Source: Euglena gracilis (lineage: Eukaryota). Taken from it: DNA of 64,000 nucleotides. This document shows positions 24,237 to 33,044 of the stretch, one piece after another. The notes below the pieces were generated by a model that was not told where the DNA came from, did not search any database, and saw only the letters and a list, made by a program, of their open reading frames with translations. Numbering within the stretch: position 1 is the first letter of the stretch; every line of letters starts with the position of its first letter. Made by a program: the position numbers and the translations under genes. The stretch lies in the NCBI GenBank assembly GCA_039621445.1, contig CP154954.1, positions 2,542,001 through 2,606,000 of the forward strand, read 5' to 3'.

Positions 24237-24539
24237 GGTAGCCCCCAAAGTGTGGGCACCGCCCAGCGTCGGGCTACAACGGTCGTTTTTTGGAGTGGGG
24301 TGGGCCGGTGCTGATTTAGCACGTGGTGTTTGTACAGCGTGTAGGAGGGGGCGCGGGATGGTAAGGATGGCATCGCCCCTGCCAGTGGATGTATGGGGCG
24401 AGATAGGAAATGGACGGTCGACGGGGGTGGGCGCTGGTGCTGGGCTTCCGGAGTCTGCAACGGTGAAGTTCCTTTGGTCGTGTTCCGAGTCACCGTGCAT
24501 GTCATCATCTCCGTCGTGTTCAGCGTCCCTTTCCGAGTC

Positions 24540-24989
24540 GCTCTCCAAGTCCGAGAGGGACGGCGGTAGACAAATTTGCATGTGGCTCAGTAGGGGCGCC
24601 GGGTAAGGGGTTTCGGTCGACCACCCACACACCTTGCAGCGCACCAGCCACCACTCGCCATTTGGAAGGGACTCCAGGTGTTGTAAATTCCAGCGCCAAT
24701 AATCTTCCCGGACTGTGGTGAGGGAAAAAATGTTACCGAACGGCCTACCTGCCTGGCAGTGATGAGACTGCATATCCCAGAGGGACGACAGGTTGATGTG
24801 CTGAAAGCACAGGCGGCATCTCGCAAATTCCGTCCCTGGGCCGGTCTGGGAGGGGGTCCCGAAGGATGGACCTGCTGTAGCTGGGGTGCGCAGCCGTAGC
24901 CACCTCCAGCGCTGGCCATTCCAATACAGCTCATCCCAGACGTCGTCTGGTGTCAGGGGGGCTGATTGGCTTGCTGGGCCCCCTGAGGG
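24540..24989 (-). CDS. 2A-released tandem BED-like zinc-finger module, element B
   Basis: FARCRLC..MQSHHC and LVRCKVC..LLSHMQIC, in an uninterrupted frame between two 2As. Confidence 0.65.
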
Positions 24990-25046
24990 CGGGCCCGGGT
25001 TTTCTTCGATATCCCCACAGCGTAGGATATCCCTGCGACAATTTTG
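24990..25046 (-). other. 2A peptide QNCRRDILRCGDIEENPGP (element B, first)
   Basis: Canonical DIExNPGP. Confidence 0.9.
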
Positions 25047-25964
25047 CCTTTGGTTCTTGAGCCACAGGGGCTCTGGCTGCAGTGGACCGCCAGTCCTGTG
25101 GGTGCCCACTGTGCGCCAGGTTCCCCACGTTCCGATGGGGAGAAGCCAAAAGGCTCCAGCCACTTGCTGTGTTTCCAGTGTGGACCTAGTCCTCGTTTTC
25201 CCCAAGATTTGGAGTTTTGTGGTGCAATTTTCTGGGGGGGGGGGTGTTGTCTTTTTTGGGACCTCCAATTTCTCCTTTCCCCCCCCCCCCCGCCTCCCGC
25301 CTTTGGCTTGGGCAGAGTATTGGGCAGGGCACAAGGGGAAGAAAATGTTGGGAGCAAGGTCCAATGGTTCCAGCTGGGGGGGCCAATGGTAGTGGGGCAG
25401 CTTGCAACAGCAGCTGTCGCAGCATGTCGGTGGGGAGCTGCTGCCCTTGATGGTTGTTGGCTTTTGCCCTGGTGCTCATGGGGGGGGTGTTCCCCACTGG
25501 GCTGCCCATCTGGGTCCCCATTTGGCTGCCCATTTGTGGCCCCATTTGTCTGCCCATTTGTGGCCCCATTTGGGCCAGCAGCTGTTGCTGCTGTTGTTGC
25601 TGGGCAGTCCTTCCAGGCATCCCCTGGGAAAGTAAAAGTGTGTGGTGTGTGTGGTGTGTGTGTGTGTGTGTGTGTGTGTTGTAGCCAGGGGTGGGGTAAG
25701 GGCTGCTCAGGCTGCTGCTGCTGCCACGATGCCAAACACATGTCGTACTGCTCAAAGGGCTCAGAAGCCCACTTCACTGTGGTCGTGTTCTGGACCTTCA
25801 CTCCACCTTGGACTCGACTTGGACGTCCACTTGTTCTTGGACTTAACCCCTTGTACTTGATACCAGTACTTGTGACCAACAAGTGGGTATGCTGCTCGCA
25901 GTTGTCCTTCGTATTGAGCTTCGGACCCCACTCGGGGCTTTCAAGCCATGAGCACGTGTGGAGA

Positions 25965-25990
25965 CGAAAAAAAATAGACACTCAGAAAGT
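25965..25990 (-). other. Exact spliced-leader exon at the 5' end of element B
   Basis: 26/26 identical to the copy at 20770-20795. Confidence 0.92.
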
Positions 25991-25998
25991 GGCTCAAC

Positions 25999-26450
25999 TG
26001 CTTTTTTCCTTTGATTAGATTCAAACTGCTTTCGCTTTGCTTTCGCAGCAGGATCTGCCCAGTGTTGTCCGTGATGTGCACTCGGTTTCGATAATCTTGC
26101 AACACAAGTGCAACAAAACCTGCATCGTGCAGGCTATATTTGCCCTTGTTGCGTTGCTCGATATGACGCTTGCCAGGTGCTGTCCCACGGGACTTCCCAC
26201 GGGCCATTAGTGATTCCTTCACGGGCATGAGAAAATCTGTCAAATGAAAAACCGGTCGATAATTTTCCCCCCCCCTGGTTTTGGGCTCCGTGGGGGGGGG
26301 AAATTATCAGACACTTATAGTAACCATGGACCCATGGAAATGTGGGGTGAATTGAGTAGCCCCCCCCTAATTGTCACTTTCCCCCTAATAGTCGCCAAGG
26401 GGGTCAAAACGCTCCCAGGGGGGTGCCATATAGGGGGGGGGGTCACGTTA
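25999..26450. mobile_element. Right part of a TA-flanked TIR DNA element (terminus GGGGGGTCACGTTA) that received A and B; other part at 12266-12697
   Basis: AAATTATCAGACACTTA..GTAACC and GGGGGGTCACGTTA are shared by 12590-12697 and 26300-26450. Confidence 0.7.
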
Positions 26451-28084
26451 TGTGTCGTCAGAGGCGTGCCTGGGTTTTGTTCAATGTCCCCACAGCGAAG
26501 GAGGGGCTTTCCGGGTGTCCATTTGCAGGATTTGTCCTTTGGGCGGGCAATGTGCAGTAAGGGGCTGTTTTGGCGAGGGCGGTGTTCCGGGGGGAGACAA
26601 GGCCTCGACCCACGTCTTGCCTGTGGTAAAGGAGTCTCCACAACCGCTAGCTGACCTGTCGGAGGAAATTCCTTTCTTCCATCACTTTTTGGTGAGCAAG
26701 GGCCGACGTCTTTCTTTTGTTGAAAAAGGCTGCGTAATGGGTTACGTCGTCATCCTCCATTTCCGAGGGAGGGGGGGCTCCATACTAATGAGGGCAGTTG
26801 TTCTTGTTCAGGGGGGGGCGTGCTTTTTGGTGGGCTCTGTGGCCCATGATCCTGGAATATTTCTGCTCCAGCTGTAACATAAGGGGATGTATGCTGGGGG
26901 TGTTGATGTGCCTGGGGGTGGAGGTTCAGGTTTGTAAATAAAAAAACAGTCAACATCATGTCTGGGGGGGCTTGGAGGTATGGCGTTGATTTTGCCAAAT
27001 TTTTTGGGAGTGGGTTTTCAATCGCTAGACGATTTTCATCTTCAATGTTGGACTCAGTTTGGTGCAACTGGTGGGGGGGGGGGATCAGCTGGGGTGGGGG
27101 TGGGGGTGGGAGATTGGGGTAGCAGGTTGTGGAACTTTGCATGGGGTGAGGCGCAAACTTGCAGAAATGAAAGGCTGGCATGGGTGGTTCTGGGCTGGGC
27201 AGGGGGGTTGGCAGTGGAGGCAAATTGTGTAGTTTGGGGGGGGGTTGGACTGTAGAACATTGCATGGGAAGCAGGTGTGTTTCAGGTTTGACATGGGGGT
27301 TGGCTGTTCAGGGGGGGAAATGCAGAGCACAGGAGCAAGGCATGGGGGGGAGGCAGGTTCCAGCAAGTGCAGTCCAGAGCAATCAGATGCAGATTCGTGG
27401 GTGATGGCTGGCCCAGGTCTCTAGGGGTGGGGTGGGGGGGGGCTGGTTGAGAGGGGATGCTGGGGGGTGGGGGCAAGCAGGCATTCTGTGGTGGCGGATT
27501 GGTTTGGCAGTGGTGATAATTTGGGTGAGAATTTGGTGCTGGACTGGGCTGATTTGTCAGGAATGGTGGGGGTGCAGGCAGGAGGGGGCACAGCTGGGGG
27601 GGTTGGAAGGCCTGGCCAGTCTGGGGGGAATGAGGGTGGGGAACAGGGAGGGGAGTGAGCCATACATTGTTAATCTTCTTCTTCCCGATGATGCTCAGGG
27701 GCTGTTGAGAGCAGGCTCCATTGTGGTGGGTGGCTGAATTGCAATGGTTCCTGTGGGAGCTGCACAGCCTCTCCCACAGCCCAAGAAGCCTCCACAGCAG
27801 GAGGCTTCTTAGTTTGGCTAAGTCTACCCCACTTGGGGACTGTGGGGTCAGGAAGGGGTTGCTCCCCTCATTCCCTTGACTCCCCTGGAATGGGGAGTTG
27901 AAGGGGCCCTTGGGACGCTTCGCTGCCGCGCTCTTGTTCGATGCTTCTTCGGGGGCTCTCTCCTTGCTCATCCTTCGACCACCTTGTTACGCTCGTCGGC
28001 GTATTCTTTGGCGTCCAGCACGCCGGCTTCATGCAACTCAGTGAGTCCTCTCAAAATTTCTTTGATTTCGTTCGTCGTACTCAT
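26451..28084 (-). mobile_element. Element C: 5' part of a divergent, related retroelement (ORF1-like, Pro-rich region, 2A-like LLRCGDIEQNPG)
   Basis: ATG at 28084 (MSTTNEIKEILRGLTELHEAGVLDAKEY...), frameshifted Pro-rich frames, 2A-like motif at 26465-26503. Confidence 0.6.
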
Positions 28085-28329
28085 ATCTGGATTGCTTTGG
28101 TTGCTTGGCTTGAGCGTTAGTAGCAGATCAGGCGATTAGGAATCGCGTGATCTGCAAAGCATGAAGACAAAAGCGGTAAGCCAGCCCGCCGTTACAATGA
28201 TGCCTGACCGATGTAGATACACTTGTGTAGGGTTGGCTGGTGCTGCCAGCGGTGATGGACTTGGAGTGAGGCATCGGAAAGGTGATCAGGTGCGCGGTCA
28301 GGGTGGCCGAATTTCGGCCCGGCGCTTCG

Positions 28330-28605
28330 CGCCGGGCCAAAAAATTTTGACCCCCCAGAACGACCAAAAGTGCCATTTTGGGCACTTTTTGGGCAAAAAT
28401 GTGCCAAAAATGCAAAAAATTTTCGGCGCAAAGCGCCGGAGGAGAAAATTGACCCTTTTGGGGGGGGTCCCGGGAACCCCCCCGAGGGTCGGTCCGGACC
28501 CCCTGGCAGGTTGGGGGGGGGGGGTCCGGACCCCCCCTGCGGGCCAGGAGGGGGGGACACCCCCCCACCTAAACCATGTACGCCCTCCTTATATCAAACC
28601 CTGCT
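28330..28605. repeat. Dispersed repeat, inverted copy at ~42135-42430
   Basis: CTAAACCATGTACGCCCTCCTTATATCAAACCCTGC and the adjacent ~250 bp recur as the reverse complement. Confidence 0.8.
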
Positions 28606-29983
28606 GCCCCCCCCCCCTAGGAGGTTGCAAAACCTCAAAGAGAGGTATGGTTCTGGGTTGATGATGACACAATACAGGGTCGTCGTCAAAGTGAACCCTG
28701 ACCGAATGGACACTTGGAAATGAAGTTGGACCGCCTAACGAACCCCCCCCACAAGGTAGAATTTTTTCAAGGACGTGACAACAAACCCTACAACCCAAGG
28801 GGGGGTTGCCACCCCCCCCCCCCCCCCCCCTCTCCGAGGGCCTCGCCACGCCATTTACCCCCCCTCCCCCCCCCCTAGCCGGACCCCCTCGCCATGCCAC
28901 CGGCGATTTTCGCGATTTTTCGAACGAAAATTTTGTTGGCGACCATGGTACACCCCTCCCGCCCCCCCTGGTCCCCGACCCCCTCGCCACGCCATTTACC
29001 CCCCCCCCCCCCCCCCCTATTCAGACCCCCTCGCCACGGCGTACCAACCCCCCAGGAACTCAAACCTTCCTGTCAAAATGGTAAGGCGCATAATTTAAAA
29101 GGCATTGCCAGTACAGCCTTATAATCTTAAAAGAAGGGAGCTCAGGCCTTCCCACCATAGCAACAAGGAATATTGATTGGACAGTTGGTAATCCATTTGA
29201 ACGAGTATGTGCCTCATTTTTTTTGCCAAACTCCTCCCTTGAAGGTCAGGTGGAGTGAATTAGAGACGCAGAGGAAAAAAACGTGGGAGCCTCAAACCTT
29301 CCCACCAAAAGAGATATTTTCAAAAAAAACGGAGACCCGAATAGCAAAACACTCTCGATGCCCGCCGTGGCCACACACATGGCAGAAGAAATGCCGGCGC
29401 ACCTGGACAACAGCAGAAGGCCATAAATTTTGTTTGGGGACACGTCTTAGAGGCCGCCATCAAGCTCGCCTTCCACCTTGGCTACTCCTCCCGTTCCATT
29501 TTCGGCGACAACCTCGGCGCCCTCTCACTCCTAAACACTTTCACTCCATCCTTATCAAACCACCACCAATGCACCGCCATTCACGGATTCTCAATTTTAT
29601 ACGCTACACTAACATCCGTGCCCACCTCATATGGTGCCCAACCCATATACGGCAGAGACCACAACAACCTTGGCGAGTTGAAGAGGGGGAAATGGCGTGG
29701 CGCCCCTCGGAGAGGGGGTGGTGTACCAACCCCCCTTGGGTTGAATACGGTCATACGTTCGAACCTGACTCAACTCGTATGTGATCTCCCATGATGTGCA
29801 CTGATGAAACGGTGCATGGGTCACCCCCCCCAAGGTGGACGTAATTAACCGTATTCTCTGAGGATGAGCTTTGGATGGGTAGGATTCAATGGGGGCACTC
29901 GTGTTCATTGTTCCACTGCTGTTCTCACTGTTTCACAGTGTGTTCGAGTTTGGTTGGCCATTCCTCCCTGTCCCTCCGCCGTC

Positions 29984-30050
29984 ATGTTCGACGGGGGGCC
30001 ACTGGACCTCAGCCCTCCGCATCCAAAGAAGAAGAAGCTCCCCGAACCAT
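29984..30050 (+). CDS. Possible first exon of a host gene (MFDGGPLDLSPPHPKKKKLPEP)
   Basis: GCCGTCATG after a pyrimidine tract; NLS-like PKKKK; no homology recognised. Confidence 0.3.
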
Positions 30051-31029
30051 GCATTGCTTCGTTTAATCCCACAATTGGGATTATGAGGGACATTGCATTT
30101 CCCCAATGGCCTCATTGTTTGACTCTGCTTGCCTGTCCTCCTCTTGGAAAACACAACCATGGTTTTCGGCGACGCAAACATTTGCCGAACTGCTGCATGA
30201 CATTAACGTCCGCGTCCTGCTGGGATGCCACAGTTGCCGGAGCGCAGCTCCTCGTATGAGGTGAGCAGAGGTTTTCTTTTGGATGGTGACGTGACGTTTT
30301 TATTGAAAGTGTTGGATGCTTCTACGACAAAATTGGATGCTTCTATGCATCTGAAAATAAACAAATGAATATTAGGGCATTTTGCACGATTTTTCACTCG
30401 TAACGCCTCCTGTTTCTCAAAAAAAAAGTGCCTCTTTTACTCACTTTCCCCCGTTGGGGGGGTCCAGGATGCTCCGCCGGATGTCCGGGGCCACCCTTCT
30501 TGCACACCTCAAAATCTCTGGGGATGAGGACGCTGCTTCGGAACCAGGTGGCCACGCGCGACAGGCCAAACCCAGGAAAGAGCTGTTCCACGAAAAACAG
30601 CCAGCGGCTGTTTGATGCTCACCCGGAGGAGCCATTGTGCAAAAAAGTGTTGACTTCCTTGCTTTTGAGTTTCTTTTTTTTTAAGTGCATTTGGCCCAAA
30701 TTCACCATTTTTCAGACAATTTTCAAAAAAATTTGGGAAATTCTGGGCATTTTATGTCTCAACCATCACAAAAAATGCCAAAAAGCCAATTTTGCCACCC
30801 CATTTTGGGGACCATTTGAACGCATGGCTCAATTTTCTCAGTCGGTTGGATGGAGTGTATATTGGGGCTAGCGATTGCACAGGGTGATGGTGCAAGGGCG
30901 CCCAAGCAACATGAAGTCATGCCTTTGTTTTTGACAGATGTCGGCTTCCAAGAGGTACCGACCCAGCCTCAAGGCCATCAAAGAATTCCGCCGGGGTGGG
31001 GGGTTGGGGCAGTGCACTGGTGCAAACGG

Positions 31030-31460
31030 TAGCAACCTGACCGGTGTAAACCACCCCAAATAACACCCCCCAAATAACACCCCCCCCCAAATAACACCCC
31101 CCAAATAACACCCCCCCCCTCGGGGGCCGTTTTGGGCCGCCCAAATAACACCCCCCCCCTGTTTCCCTTTGGTTTTCCATGTAAAAATAACACCCCTGTC
31201 CAACACGCTAGTTCGGGCGGCAGAATCGGCGTTCTGGAACGGTTTCACACCCGAACTGGCGTGAAACACAGTTGTTGAAACCGTGTATTTGGGGTTCTGG
31301 CTTCCCGTCCGAACTGGCGTTCATGGACGCACGGTCATTTGTGAATCCTTTGCACGGACTTCTTCTAAATGTAACCCCCCCCCCCAAATAACACCCCCCC
31401 CGGTGTTTTATTTCGGCACCCGAACTGGGCCCCCAGGGAGGGGGGTGTTATTTGGGGTCC
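31030..31460. repeat. MITE-like element with CCAAATAACACCCC subrepeats
   Basis: Several direct copies plus an inverted copy at ~31441-31456. Confidence 0.65.
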
Positions 31461-31794
31461 GCATTTTCTGGACGCCAAAATTTGGTGGGACCCTGGCCTG
31501 TTATGGAGTGAGCAAGTAAGCCAAAAAGGTGAATGACTTTGTTTGTGTTTGATTTTTTTTGAAAATATGATCCAATCATCCAAAGCGGTAAATCGAAATT
31601 AATTGAGGGAAATGCATGGTTGATTGAAAATTGGCTAATCGACGCCCAACCCCCAATTGACCATGGTTAATTGCTTCACCTAGAAAATGACGGTTAATTG
31701 CCGAACCCTGCCTGAGGTTTTGTTTTTGGTTTACTTGGAATCGAGCAACATTTCTTAATCATCCATCGCCCCAAAGGCAATGGTCCCGTTGAAG

Positions 31795-32310
31795 CAGGGG
31801 GGGGGGAATTGATATCCGCAATTTTTCCACAATTTCCGCAATTTTCCGCAATTTCCGCAATTTTCCGTAATTTTCTGCAATTTTTTCCGCAATTTCCGCA
31901 ATTTTTCCGCAATTTTTCACCATTTTTTTGAAGAATTTTTTCCCCACCGCCGAAGATGGAAGATGCAATGAGTTCAAGCCATTCTTCAAATGGATCAACA
32001 GGTGTGCTATTGTGTTTTGTTGTCCCCCCCAGTTTACCAATTTTTCTCACAGGTGCACCACTGGTCACAGGATTGGGTGCGTCCCACCAATGCAAAGAAC
32101 ATCAAGCGTGTTGATTTGCTCGCCTGCATCGACGTGGGTGTTGTGGTGTTCTGAACCTCACAATTGAAAGTTTTCTAAGTCCCCCCAAGCAGAAATGTGT
32201 AAACCCGATATCAATTTTTCCGCAATTTTTCCGCAATTTCCGCATTTTTTCCACAATTTTTCCGCAATTTTTCCGAAGGCCTCCGATGTCAATTCCCCCC
32301 CCCCTGGTTG
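31795..32310. mobile_element. TIR element with TTCCGCAAT subrepeats
   Basis: CAGGGGGGGGGGAATTGA...TCAATTCCCCCCCCCCTG termini. Confidence 0.65.
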
Positions 32311-32866
32311 ATGCGGTGGTCAACACTGTTGTTAACCGAAATGCAATGAAAGTCCACTGTCCAATGAACAGAAGCATTGAATGTTGCTCACCTCCTAAAT
32401 GAGAAGAACATTTGGCAACAGATTTTTTTAAGTGAAAGTTGCTGGGGACCGAGCCTCAACGTTATTGGGTAGCACATAAAACCATTGACAGATCGATTCA
32501 CCAAAACCAGTAGTTCCAGGGACCAATAGTTCCAGGGATGTAGTTTGGCGACCGTGCTCACCACCTGCACTTTCGTGCAAGAGCCCCTCCTTGCGGTCCA
32601 CCTGCCGCAAAGCAGCATCACCCCGGTAACCCTGACGAAGGTGTTGCCACCTTTCACGGCACCAATTCGCGCGGCGCACAAACGCTGCCGATGATTTTTG
32701 AGACCAATTTCCTGTTTCGCGATTTTGGCAAGAAGCGTCACGGCCAAACACTGGGATCCTGCCGGATTACGCAATCAGAATCCCCATCTCCTCTCTTCTT
32801 TCGTGAATGGGATTATTTGAAGATGATTGTTAAGAGTTGTTCACAAACTTCATGGGAAATATACCT

Positions 32867-33044
32867 TACCACCCCCCCCATATTGTCCCCCCTCCCATAT
32901 TGTCCCTCAGCCCGGCCGACGAGGGGTTTTTTTGGCTCGGTCAATGAAATTTCCTTTGGTACCCCCATATTGTCCCCCCCCCCATATTGTCCCGTCGGGC
33001 CTCCTGGGGAGAGGTCGGTGGGACAATATGGGGGGGGGGGGGTA
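32867..33044 (+). mobile_element. Intact TA-flanked ~175-bp MITE
   Basis: TA-C(n)-ATATTGTCCC...GGGACAATAT-G(n)-TA; family members at 11932/14273 and 17822. Confidence 0.85.

Larger units (their letters stand above)
20804..25990 (-). mobile_element. Element B: full-length SL-capped CRE-like retrotransposon with two 2A peptides, poly(A) tail and 8-bp TSD
   Basis: SL 25965-25990; A10 tail 20804-20813; GTTGAGCC at 25991-25998 and 20796-20803. Confidence 0.92.

Noticed and set aside
25930-25990. HDV-like or hammerhead ribozyme at element 5' ends
   Set aside because: I could not identify a CUGAUGA/GAAA core or an HDV nested pseudoknot by eye; a covariance search is needed.
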